Below are positions 40,107 through 49,559 of a stretch of DNA of 64,000 bases, piece after piece. The notes below the pieces were generated by a model. The model had not been told where the DNA came from, searched no databases, and saw nothing but the letters and a program-made list of their open reading frames with translations. The position numbers and the translations under genes are program-made. Origin of the DNA: Myxococcota bacterium (lineage in GTDB: Bacteria; Myxococcota_A; SURF-8; G963663525); the NCBI GenBank assembly GCA_963676915.2, contig CAXXVK010000060.1:64001-128000 (forward strand). Reading direction: 5' to 3'. Numbering within the stretch: the stretch's first letter is position 1; each line of letters opens with the position of its first letter.

Positions 40107-41531
40107 TTATTCGCGAGTGACTTCGAAGGATTCGATTTCTTCACCATCGCCGAAATAGGCTGTTCCGGAAATGGTTTTTCCGGCAATATCCAACTTGACG
40201 TAATTGCCTTTGTCGCCGTGCTTGGAAATGGCGGTCCATTGATCGGTACCGTTACTGTAGCCGTCCGAGTAGAAACCGCCCGCAACGATGTAACGCACGC
40301 CGAAGCCATCGGTAACCGGGGTTCCGCTTTTGTTGACGGGGTAGCTGCGTTCGTAGTTGTGATCGTGCCCGGCAAATACGAGATCCACTTCATATTTGTG
40401 GTACAGCGGAACCAAATAGGTCTGAACACGGGGTTCGCTGCCATGATTGGAGGCGGAAAACGCCGGATGATGCTGCAGCACGATGATCCAATCGATATCG
40501 GGATCTTGTCGGGCGTTTTTCAGGTTATTTTCGAACCACTGCACTTGAGCTTCCACAACATCGTCGGTACAGGTATTGAGACCAACGAAATGCACGTTCC
40601 CGTAATCGAAGGAGTATCCGTGCTCCTCGTATTCGCCTAACTCGGCCACACGGGGCAAAGCGAACTGATGGTAATACAGTTCCGCGATGACCTCGTGATT
40701 GCCCTGAACCGGCATCAACACGGTGGATTCTACGACGGGTTTCATGGATTCGAACCAGATATGCCACTGTTCCTGGGAACCGGCATCGGTCATGTCACCG
40801 TTGAACAGCCAAAAGTCGGCGTTCATGTCTTTCAGACGGTCGATATTGTCGCGAATTCCGTCGTATCCGCCCCGGCTATCGCCTGCCAGCATGACACGAA
40901 ACGGCTCGGCCTGACCCTTTGACAACCCGGTGGTGAAGCTCTTCATTTCCCCCAGCGCCGCACCGGAAAACGATTTGTTGTCGAAATCGAAGTCATCCCA
41001 GGTACCTACACGATAGTAGTACAGGGAAGCCGGCTCCAGATGCGTGACTTCAACGGTCCATTGTACCAACGTCGGCTGGGTGCCATCGGAATAGTACGTC
41101 GAGTAATTGAAGCCCTCGCCCTCGCGGGTGAATTGCAGGGCAAACGGCATCGTCGTCTCGTCCTCATCCATTTCATCGGCTTTGACGAGCCAGACTTTCG
41201 GTGTGTAGCCTTCGATATCGGTAAACTCGGTCTGCCACTGGAAGGTGACCGTCGTATCCGCCTGGTGTTGCCAGGTCAAATGAACGTATTTCGGCAACTT
41301 GGGTTCGCCTTCGTCCAACGCTGTGGGTTGCTCGGCATCGTCGATCACTTCGCTGGTTTCAAAGGGAAAGTCCGTTTCCACCATTTCGGTGTCTTCGTTT
41401 ACCGTTTCCTCGTCGCCACCAATCGGAGCGAGATCGCCTACGGTGTCTTCGAATCGCGCACAGGACAGCGGCAAAAGTCCCACAACGAGACCAATGATTA
41501 AGATCCGTCCGAATGTCGAGTTGCTCATCAT
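40107..41531 (-). CDS. Purple acid phosphatase-family metallophosphoesterase lipoprotein with FN3-like domain
   Basis: Lipobox PLSC; YYYRVG, GDSR, NGDMT, QGNHE, QHHP and GHDHNYER. Confidence 0.88.
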   Translation of the reverse strand: MMSNSTFGRILIIGLVVGLLPLSCARFEDTVGDLAPIGGDEETVNEDTEMVETDFPFETSEVIDDAEQPTALDEGEPKLPKYVHLTWQHQADTTVTFQWQTEFTDIEGYTPKVWLVKADEMDEDETTMPFALQFTREGEGFNYSTYYSDGTQPTLVQWTVEVTHLEPASLYYYRVGTWDDFDFDNKSFSGAALGEMKSFTTGLSKGQAEPFRVMLAGDSRGGYDGIRDNIDRLKDMNADFWLFNGDMTDAGSQEQWHIWFESMKPVVESTVLMPVQGNHEVIAELYYHQFALPRVAELGEYEEHGYSFDYGNVHFVGLNTCTDDVVEAQVQWFENNLKNARQDPDIDWIIVLQHHPAFSASNHGSEPRVQTYLVPLYHKYEVDLVFAGHDHNYERSYPVNKSGTPVTDGFGVRYIVAGGFYSDGYSNGTDQWTAISKHGDKGNYVKLDIAGKTISGTAYFGDGEEIESFEVTRE

Positions 41532-41596
41532 AGTTCTACTCCCAACAGTGTTTTCTATAGTTTTTCTTCAAATCTTCGTTTCGGCCATGTTGAAAA

Positions 41597-43021
41597 TCAT
41601 AAATCGAACTGAATCATGGTGACGATCATATCGTTATCGTAGTTGTAGCCTTCCAGTTCTTCTCGATGCAGATAGTTCAGGTCCATCCGAACATGGTCCG
41701 ATATATATACTTTGAGCCCGGCAGTGAGCCAACGTTTCTTCTGGGGGGCCAAATCGTCGATATCCGGGTTTTTGGAGAAGCCGTGGGTTTCGTCGTCGCC
41801 CTGCATTTGATCGACCCGGAAGGCCAGATCGAGGATGCCCGGCCAGGCGTGCACGATGAAATCGACGTGATATCCCCACCCTCGGGTTGCCTTGTCGCCA
41901 CCCGTCGCGGTGCCGTTGGCGAAATAATAGTCGTTGACGACGTATTCGCCCTCGACCGTGAAAATGTACAGGTGCATGCGGGCGTCGAAACCGAACCAGC
42001 GATATTCCACGCTGGTGAGGTATTTTTCCTTGGTCCAGGCGTAGCTACCACCGAGATTGAATTCGAAATCCCATAGCCACGTGCTTCTCGTTTTCGAAGT
42101 GGAAAAGCCGTTGCGAATGGCGGCGGTTTCATCGAGCAGTTGCGCCACATCGAAATCCACCCGTCCGGCGTACAGAAGCTGGTCCGTCTTTTTCATCTGC
42201 TCGGCGGCGAATTTCACCGAGTTGAAAACACCACCCGTCAACCGGACGATTTTCCAGGGGTCACCTGTTGCCAGACGAAAACCCAGTTGCCGTTTCGGAG
42301 TCAGGGCGTAGAGGTTGGGTTTGTAAATAAACTGGTTTTCGGAGGTGGATTTCATGTTGGCCTGGGAAAACGGGGCTTTCATCCGACCAATGCGAGCGTC
42401 GAATACCTTATAATAGTCCCAACCGACATAGGCGTCTTTCAGATATTCCTCGGAAGGCGAACCGTTTTTCTCTCGGGGGACGAGATCGAACTTGGCTTTG
42501 TAGTAAAACCCACTGTCGTTGAACCGGCCTTTCATACCCAGTTCCACGTTTTCGAGCACGAACCCGTTGCGGTGACCGAAGTAGGAAGGGTCCATTTTCT
42601 GCGAATCGATCTCCACCCGTTCGTTGGTGGAGGGGTCGGTCACCATGTGCTTGTCCCGGAAGGTGTAGACGAAGGCGGTACGAAGCAGCAGGATCGGTTC
42701 GAAACGCTCGTCCAGAAGCTTGGCTTTGGCCGGAGCGGTACGCCAGAAATCACCCTTCGGTGGCTCGACAGCGGATTCGCTTTCTTTAGCGATTTCATCC
42801 ACTTTAGCGGAAATTTCCTCCGGCGATAGATCGCCTTCGGTCGCTGTTGACTCAGGTTCGGACGAATCGGCGGGTTCTTCGATGGCCGGTTTCGGCTCGG
42901 GCGGCGTTTGAGTCCAACGGACGCTTCCCTGGGTGATTCGTTCGTACAATCCTGCGTGTGCCATGCCTGGCAGCAGCAAAACGACCATCAGTACCGAAAA
43001 GATCATGCCTTGAGTCTTCAC
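41597..43021 (-). CDS. Outer-membrane porin, OprO/OprP phosphate-selective porin-like
   Basis: GTG start with AAGGAG, signal peptide, LKDAYVGW, RIGRMKAPFS, amphipathic strands and C-terminal QFDL. Confidence 0.7.
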   Translation of the reverse strand: MKTQGMIFSVLMVVLLLPGMAHAGLYERITQGSVRWTQTPPEPKPAIEEPADSSEPESTATEGDLSPEEISAKVDEIAKESESAVEPPKGDFWRTAPAKAKLLDERFEPILLLRTAFVYTFRDKHMVTDPSTNERVEIDSQKMDPSYFGHRNGFVLENVELGMKGRFNDSGFYYKAKFDLVPREKNGSPSEEYLKDAYVGWDYYKVFDARIGRMKAPFSQANMKSTSENQFIYKPNLYALTPKRQLGFRLATGDPWKIVRLTGGVFNSVKFAAEQMKKTDQLLYAGRVDFDVAQLLDETAAIRNGFSTSKTRSTWLWDFEFNLGGSYAWTKEKYLTSVEYRWFGFDARMHLYIFTVEGEYVVNDYYFANGTATGGDKATRGWGYHVDFIVHAWPGILDLAFRVDQMQGDDETHGFSKNPDIDDLAPQKKRWLTAGLKVYISDHVRMDLNYLHREELEGYNYDNDMIVTMIQFDL

Positions 43022-43540
43022 GAATGATTCTCCTTCTTTTGGCGACGATTCCAGCTTAAGAAAATTCGTCTGAAATCGCTTTAAGGATCTGTAAACATTA
43101 CAAATCCGTTGAATTGTATGTTTGATCCTTGCATTGTAAAGTTAGGAACGTGTTAGAACGGCTTAAGGTTTCCATCGATTTCAAAGCGACGGTGTTTGTC
43201 TCTCAGGGTTGAAAACCTGCCCGAAGTGTACGAAATTTCTTGGCAAAGGCAAGGAAAACCGGGGGAGTATTGACGGAAGATTGTAACGTCTCGTGACGAT
43301 CCTTATGAAGAATCCGGGGTGAAGCCATCGACAAAAGCACTCCAAATTCCATCGAATGGCTCCGTTTCGTGAAAAAGGCCAGTGAAAATCTTGTAATATT
43401 TCCGGGGTTCTTCATAATGAAGTGAGGATATCGATTCGATGGACGGCTGGGACGACTTCTCGTGACGCTTTTTCTTTTCCCCATTGCCTCGTCTTTTTCC
43501 GTTTCTCGACGCACGACAACACCTGACTTGGAGTTTTTGA

Positions 43541-46500
43541 ATGAACGGTAGGAATTTCACTTTTTTGTCTTCCCGATCTTTTTCACAACTCGGAATCGCA
43601 ACCTTTGTCTTCGTGACCGTACTTCTTTCATGCACGTTGGCTCAGGCGCAAAGCCTCCAAAAAGCGCCGGTGAATCCGGCTTTTGAGGATTACCGCGACT
43701 CACGGCAGGCCGACAGCCACCGCCGCGATATCAGCACCTCCCGCACGTTGGGTTGGATTCCCTCGCCCGTGTTGCTTCCGCAGGTCGATGTCGCTCCCCC
43801 GGCGGACTGGCCTATTCTGCGCTTCACAACCTCTTACGATCTACGAAGCGAGGGCAGACTGACACCCGTTCGCAACCAGCTCGATTGCGGCGCTTGCTGG
43901 ACTTTCGCGACGTATTCCGCCTTCGAATCCTACCTAATGCCCTCGGAGAGTACTGATTTTAGCGAAAACCACATGAAAAACACCCATGGCTTCGACAACG
44001 CCCCCTGCGACGGTGGTCAGATTCAGATGTCGAGCGCTTACCTCGCCCGCTGGGGCGGTCCGATCAACGAAACGGACGATCCTTACAACGATTGGGATGA
44101 CCGACCCAGCCCCGGTGGAACGGTGCAAAAACACGTTCATGAAATCCTCTGGCTTCCCGACCGCACAGGCAGTTTGGACAATGACGCCATTAAAAGCGCT
44201 CTTATCAATACCGGTGCGGTCATGACCACGATGCGGTGGGAAGACGACTCTTACAACAGCGCTACCCAGAGCTATTACTATTCCGGTTCCGATGTGGGAA
44301 ACCATGGCGTGGCGATCGTCGGTTGGGACGACAATTACAGCAGTGCGAATTTTTCGCCCAGTGCGCCGGGAAACGGCGCGTTTTTGATCCGAAATAGCTG
44401 GGGTGCAGATTTCGGTCTGAGCGGGTATTTTTACATTTCGTATTACGACAGTGTGGTTGGATCGAACTGTGCCGTGTACAAACACGATCTCGATGGCGAG
44501 GTTCCCGAATACGACAATATTTATTCCTACGATCCGTTGGGCATGGTTTCTTCTATTGGATACGGAAACGAAACCGCGTACGGCGGCAACGTATTCACCG
44601 CTGAACGGGACGAAACCATCGGCGGTGTCGGCTTTTTCCTTTCCAGTGCCGGTTCCAGTTATACCGTGTCGATTTACACGTCGGTGACATCGAATCCCAC
44701 CAGCGGAAATCTGGTCGCCACGAAAAGCGGTTCTCAAACCTACGCTGGATTTTACACCGTCGATTTCAGGGACGAGGCGATATCGGTAACGGCGGGTGAG
44801 AAATTCGCCGCCGTCGTGAAATACACCACACCGGAAAACAGTCATCCGGTTCCCATCGAAACCTACTTAGCCGATTATTCCAGCGCGGTTTCCGCCAATG
44901 CGAACGAAAGTTTCATCAGCTACAACGGCACGGCATGGATCGATCTCAACAGCTACGATTCCAACGCCAACATTACGATCAAGGTTTTCACCGATACACC
45001 GGCTGAAGAGCCGCAATGCGATGTCTGCGATGACTCTACCCCTTGCCCGGACGGATACGAATGCGTACAGTACACCAGCGGTGATGGTGGCCTTTTTTGT
45101 GTGAAAGACTGTACGCAGGGTGAAAGCTGCCCGTCGGGCTCTACCTGTTACGAAGCTTGGGAAGATAAAAACCTCTGCGCTCCAAACGTTACTGCCAGTG
45201 AATGCCAGGGCAATGACGCCATGTATACCGATAGCTGCGGTTTCGATTTCGGTATTGAAGACTGTGCCGACGACATCGATTGCACAACCGACAGTTGCAT
45301 CATCGATGGAGGATTCGCCGCCTGCCTTCATGAGAGTGACCATTCTGCCTGTCAGGACGGCTTGTATTGCAACGGCGAGGAAATCTGCGATACCAGAAAT
45401 GGCTGTGAGGGAGGCACATCCCCCGATACGGACGATGGAATCTCCTGCACCGCCGACAGTTGCGAGGAAGGTTCGGATACAGGAGATAACCTCGGCACCA
45501 TCGTCCATACGCCGAATTCCTCGCTGTGTCAGAACGGCTTGTTCTGTGACGGTGAGGAAATTTGCGACGTGACCCAAGGCTGTATCGATGGCGAAGATCC
45601 TTCTACCGAAGACGACGACCTGTGCACCGAGGGAACCTGTCTCGAAGGAAGCAACCTCACCGATAACCTCGGCACCATCGAGCAGAGAAGCACCGCCGCC
45701 GATTGCCTGGACGGTTTGTACTGCAACGGCGCGGAAACCTGCGACCCCAGCCTCGGCTGTCAAGACGGCGTTCCTCCCAACATCAGCGACGGAATTTCCT
45801 GTACCGTCGATATCTGCCATGAAGGAAGCGACCTGACGGATAATACAGGCTTTTTGGAGCACGATCCCGACCCGACCGCCTGCCAGGACGGTCTATACTG
45901 CAACGGCGAAGAAGTTTGCAGCGCTACCCAAGGCTGTATCGCCGGTACGGCTCCGGTTCTGGGCGACGGTATCGATTGCACCGAGGATGATTGCTACGAA
46001 GGAAGCGATACCACCGACAATTACGGCATGGTGCTGCATCACGAAAATTCCGCCCTGTGTCAAGACGGTCTGTTCTGCAACGGCGAGGAAATCTGCAATG
46101 CCAACCAAGGCTGTATCGCGGGTACGGCCGTCGCCACGAACGACGGCATCGACTGCACCTTGGATGGTTGCACCGAAGGAAGCGATACCACCGACAACGT
46201 GGGTGTCATCACGCACACACCCAATATAGCTCGTTGTCAGGACGGTTTGTACTGTAACGGCCAGGAAATCTGTGACGCCGTGCAAGGCTGCTTGGCCGGA
46301 ACGCCGCCGGATACGAACGATGGCATCCCCTGCACCGTCGATCGTTGTGATGAAGGCGCTACTCCCGTCGATGACGCCGGAGCTATCCTGCACGAGCCTG
46401 ATTCCTCTTTCTGTCAGAACGGATTGTTCTGTGACGGTGAGGAAATCTGCGACGCCACCCAGGGTTGTATCGCCGGAACGGCTCCGACAGTAGACGACGG

Positions 46501-48589
46501 TATCATCTGTACCGACGACAGTTGCCGCGAAGGAAGCGACACCACCGACAACTATGGCATGGTGCTGCACTATGAAAATCCGACGCTGTGCCAGAACGGA
46601 TTGTTCTGTGATGGCGAGGAAGTCTGCAACGCTACTCAAGGCTGTATTGCCGGAACATTGCCGAATTTGGACGATGGCATCGGTTGCACCGTCGATAGCT
46701 GTTCCGAAGGCGAAAATCCGAACGACAATGCGGGAAATATCCTGCATTCTCCACAGGATAACCTCTGCAACGATTCCAATTCCTGCACGACGGAAACCTG
46801 CAACGAGTCCCAAGGTTGCGTACCCGAAGCCGTGACGGATGGAACCCTGTGCACCACCACCGACAGCGTATCGGGAACCTGCATGGCCGGGCAATGCATC
46901 TCCGATTGCGCGCAGGACAACGATTGCGACGATGGCTTGGACTGCACTGAGGATCGTTGCGATACCAACGTAGGACAATGCAGGTACACGCCTGTTGATA
47001 CGTATTGCAACGACTCCAATTCCTGTACGACGGAAACCTGCGATATTTTGCAAGGTTGCTTGTTCCAGAACGTGAGCGACGGAATGATATGCACCACCAC
47101 CGACAATGCCGGGGGAACCTGTCAGACCGGGCAATGCGTCTCCGAATGCGCAAACGACAACGATTGCAACGACGATGTGGCTTGCACCGTGGATCAATGC
47201 GACATCACGAGAGGGGCGTGCTCTCACCAACGAAACGACGATGCCTGTAACGATGACAATCCCTGCACCGAGGAACTCTGCGACGTGATTCAGGGATGTT
47301 TGTATAATCCTGTCGAAGGCGACTGCGACGATGGTTTGTACTGCACTGTAGACGACCTCTGCGTCGGTGGCGAATGCCAGGGCGGCTCTCCTTTGGAGTG
47401 CGGTGGAAGTTGCCTGAGTGGTGAATGCAGTGAAGCCGCTCAAGGCTGCACGGGAGAAGTATTGCCCGATGGCACCGAGTGTGATGACGGCAACCTCTGT
47501 ACGATCGATGATGCTTGTCAAGGCGGAACCTGCGAGGGGCAGGACGACGACTGCGACAACGACAATCCCTGCACTGAGGGTCATTGCGATCCCGATCAGG
47601 GCTGCATGCAAACGAATCTAGCCGATTGGACGGCCTGCACGCCTACCGATTCGGACTACGGCTTCTGCTTCGACGGTCTTTGCGAGCCACGAGCCGAAAA
47701 CGATGTGTGCGATCAGGCCCTAACGCTGGAACTGGATGCGTCCGAGGTCGTCGAACTCGATCTTCTGCATTCCACACAAACGGTGGATACTCCCTGTTAT
47801 TCCGGTCAGTTGCAAGGACCGGACGCCTATTTCCGCTTTGATAGCGAAGTCGATTGGACCTACTCCATCGAAGTCTCCACGGGGGATAACGTACGGCTGG
47901 CTGCCGCACTGTGGGGCGATTGTCCCGATGCGGATGGAAGTTGCCTTGGGGCACTGGAAAGCACAATGGAGGGAGAAACGGTTCTTCTTGAAGATATCGA
48001 AGGCGACAGTGAAAGCTACGTGGTGCAGATCCTCGTGACGGAAGGTTTTAGCGCGAATAGCGGACAGGAATTCACGGTGACGGTGACCGGCGAGGAAATT
48101 GTTCCCGTCGATGGCGATGAAGAAATGGACGATGATATCGAAGAAGCCGGCAACGACGACCCCGCAGAAACCGACCTTTGGGAAGAACCGGAAGCCGAAG
48201 AGGCGGATCTTTGGGAAGACGAGCAGGATATCGTGGAAATTGAATACGAGTTCGATGACGAATACCAGCCCGGTGACCAAGACCTGGATCTTCCTGTGGA
48301 AGAAGAAATCGAACTCGAGCCTGGGGATGAAGACGACGAATTTTCCACCGAAGACGAATTTTCCGACGAAGACGAACTTTCCACTGAAGACGAACTTTCG
48401 GAGAACGATATCGTGGAATCGACTGAGGTGCTCTCCGAACTCGAAGAAGCCGTGGTTGAGGAACAACGGTTTTCGACCGAATCTTCCGGTTGTACCGGTA
48501 CCGGAAGTGGGTCATGGCCAGGAGCATTGCTGATGCTCGTGCTATTGGCTCTTGGGAGGCGTACCAGGCAAGGGAAAGTGAATCGATAG
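43541..48589 (+). CDS. Large surface papain-family (C1A) cysteine peptidase: lectin-like domain, Cys-rich repeats, acidic linker, MYXO-CTERM-like anchor
   Basis: NQLDCGACWTF (Gln/Cys), NHGVAIVGWDD (His), RNSWG (Asn), YSYDPLG lectin-like start, and the tail SSGC...LLMLVLLALGRR. Confidence 0.9.
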   Translation: MNGRNFTFLSSRSFSQLGIATFVFVTVLLSCTLAQAQSLQKAPVNPAFEDYRDSRQADSHRRDISTSRTLGWIPSPVLLPQVDVAPPADWPILRFTTSYDLRSEGRLTPVRNQLDCGACWTFATYSAFESYLMPSESTDFSENHMKNTHGFDNAPCDGGQIQMSSAYLARWGGPINETDDPYNDWDDRPSPGGTVQKHVHEILWLPDRTGSLDNDAIKSALINTGAVMTTMRWEDDSYNSATQSYYYSGSDVGNHGVAIVGWDDNYSSANFSPSAPGNGAFLIRNSWGADFGLSGYFYISYYDSVVGSNCAVYKHDLDGEVPEYDNIYSYDPLGMVSSIGYGNETAYGGNVFTAERDETIGGVGFFLSSAGSSYTVSIYTSVTSNPTSGNLVATKSGSQTYAGFYTVDFRDEAISVTAGEKFAAVVKYTTPENSHPVPIETYLADYSSAVSANANESFISYNGTAWIDLNSYDSNANITIKVFTDTPAEEPQCDVCDDSTPCPDGYECVQYTSGDGGLFCVKDCTQGESCPSGSTCYEAWEDKNLCAPNVTASECQGNDAMYTDSCGFDFGIEDCADDIDCTTDSCIIDGGFAACLHESDHSACQDGLYCNGEEICDTRNGCEGGTSPDTDDGISCTADSCEEGSDTGDNLGTIVHTPNSSLCQNGLFCDGEEICDVTQGCIDGEDPSTEDDDLCTEGTCLEGSNLTDNLGTIEQRSTAADCLDGLYCNGAETCDPSLGCQDGVPPNISDGISCTVDICHEGSDLTDNTGFLEHDPDPTACQDGLYCNGEEVCSATQGCIAGTAPVLGDGIDCTEDDCYEGSDTTDNYGMVLHHENSALCQDGLFCNGEEICNANQGCIAGTAVATNDGIDCTLDGCTEGSDTTDNVGVITHTPNIARCQDGLYCNGQEICDAVQGCLAGTPPDTNDGIPCTVDRCDEGATPVDDAGAILHEPDSSFCQNGLFCDGEEICDATQGCIAGTAPTVDDGIICTDDSCREGSDTTDNYGMVLHYENPTLCQNGLFCDGEEVCNATQGCIAGTLPNLDDGIGCTVDSCSEGENPNDNAGNILHSPQDNLCNDSNSCTTETCNESQGCVPEAVTDGTLCTTTDSVSGTCMAGQCISDCAQDNDCDDGLDCTEDRCDTNVGQCRYTPVDTYCNDSNSCTTETCDILQGCLFQNVSDGMICTTTDNAGGTCQTGQCVSECANDNDCNDDVACTVDQCDITRGACSHQRNDDACNDDNPCTEELCDVIQGCLYNPVEGDCDDGLYCTVDDLCVGGECQGGSPLECGGSCLSGECSEAAQGCTGEVLPDGTECDDGNLCTIDDACQGGTCEGQDDDCDNDNPCTEGHCDPDQGCMQTNLADWTACTPTDSDYGFCFDGLCEPRAENDVCDQALTLELDASEVVELDLLHSTQTVDTPCYSGQLQGPDAYFRFDSEVDWTYSIEVSTGDNVRLAAALWGDCPDADGSCLGALESTMEGETVLLEDIEGDSESYVVQILVTEGFSANSGQEFTVTVTGEEIVPVDGDEEMDDDIEEAGNDDPAETDLWEEPEAEEADLWEDEQDIVEIEYEFDDEYQPGDQDLDLPVEEEIELEPGDEDDEFSTEDEFSDEDELSTEDELSENDIVESTEVLSELEEAVVEEQRFSTESSGCTGTGSGSWPGALLMLVLLALGRRTRQGKVNR
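45346..47245 (+). repeat. Intragenic coding repeats: 8 x 177 nt (59 aa), then 2 x 240 nt (80 aa)
   Basis: CQ(D/N)GL(Y/F)C(N/D)GEE.C...GC..GT.P...DGI.CT.D.C.EG occurs 8 times; CNDSNSCTTETC occurs at 46766 and 47006. Confidence 0.85.
48332..48403 (+). repeat. 4 x 18-nt tandem repeat in the acidic linker
   Basis: GAMGACGAAYTTTCSNNN units encoding DDEFST EDEFSD EDELST EDELSE. Confidence 0.8.
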
Positions 48590-48598
48590 TTTCTAGCG

Positions 48599-48733
48599 GC
48601 AGGTCGGGCAATAAATTTGTCCGACCTGTGTAAACGTTCGGAGTTATTATAAAAATAGGCTTCTAGAAGTAGTAGGTCGGGCTAATTTTTAGCCCGACAC
48701 TTTGGCATTGTCGGGCAAGAAATTTGCCCGACC
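48599..48733. repeat. REP family A cluster between convergent genes
   Basis: A palindrome at 48599-48628 and a doublet at 48672-48733 nearly identical to 24927-24991. Confidence 0.85.
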
Positions 48734-48785
48734 GATTTTTTCCCAAAAATCACGACTGTTGCGAAATCATTGAAAAATTAAGGTT

Positions 48786-49373
48786 CTAATCATCGTCGAA
48801 AAGGGTCACATCCGAGTCGTCCAGGTGGTTGACGACCTGTTTTCGGAACTGATTCTCTTCGCGCCGGATTTCCGAGAGTTGCGAGCCAAGGCGGTGTACC
48901 CAGACGGTCCATTCCGAGGTGACGTAGTGGATTTTACGTCCCACGAGACCGCCAACGTTCTCGGCAACAATGGGAATGCCTTCGTTTTTCAGGTACCAGC
49001 GGGCGAACCTGACATTGGCCTGACCGATGCTTCCTTCCTCTTTCGCACCGGCCAGCACCACACTTCCACCGAAAATTTTGGCTTGTAAATGGGTTCGCGA
49101 GGCACCGTAGTGCATCATCCGGTTGATCAGTAATTCCGTGGCGTTGATCCCGTAGCGGCCGGATTGGGAAAGCTGATAATCATTGTCGTGGGGCTTTTTC
49201 GGCAGCAGAAAATGGTTCATTCCCGCCACGCCGTTTTTGACGTCTTTCAAACAAATGGCAATACAGGAACCGAGCACCGTTTCGAGAATCATGTCATTGT
49301 TCGTGACATAGAATTCTCCCGGATGCAGAAGCACGCGTGTCCGATCGCCACGAATCCGATTGAATTTGACCAT
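48786..49373 (-). CDS. cheD: Chemoreceptor glutamine deamidase
   Basis: TVLGSCIAICL, GMNHFLLP, RYG, AKIFGG, IGQANV and VGG..GRKI. Confidence 0.92.
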   Translation of the reverse strand: MVKFNRIRGDRTRVLLHPGEFYVTNNDMILETVLGSCIAICLKDVKNGVAGMNHFLLPKKPHDNDYQLSQSGRYGINATELLINRMMHYGASRTHLQAKIFGGSVVLAGAKEEGSIGQANVRFARWYLKNEGIPIVAENVGGLVGRKIHYVTSEWTVWVHRLGSQLSEIRREENQFRKQVVNHLDDSDVTLFDDD

Positions 49374-49559
49374 CGTCTGTCCGCGTCCTTCCTTCGCAAT
49401 GCATCAACTCTTTCTATACAATCGTTACAATTTCATAAAAGTAAACTCTAAAATCACAATATAGGAAGAATAGATTAATATGCACACTACGGAGTTTTTG
49501 TTTTTACTCGCGAAATACCTGATGGGAATATTCGTGAGTAGAATGCGTCTCACCCGTTT

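Noticed and set aside
45346-47245. Near-identical repeats as a diversity-generating retroelement TR/VR pair
   Set aside because: They are in-frame coding repeats with differences at all bases; no reverse transcriptase is in the window.
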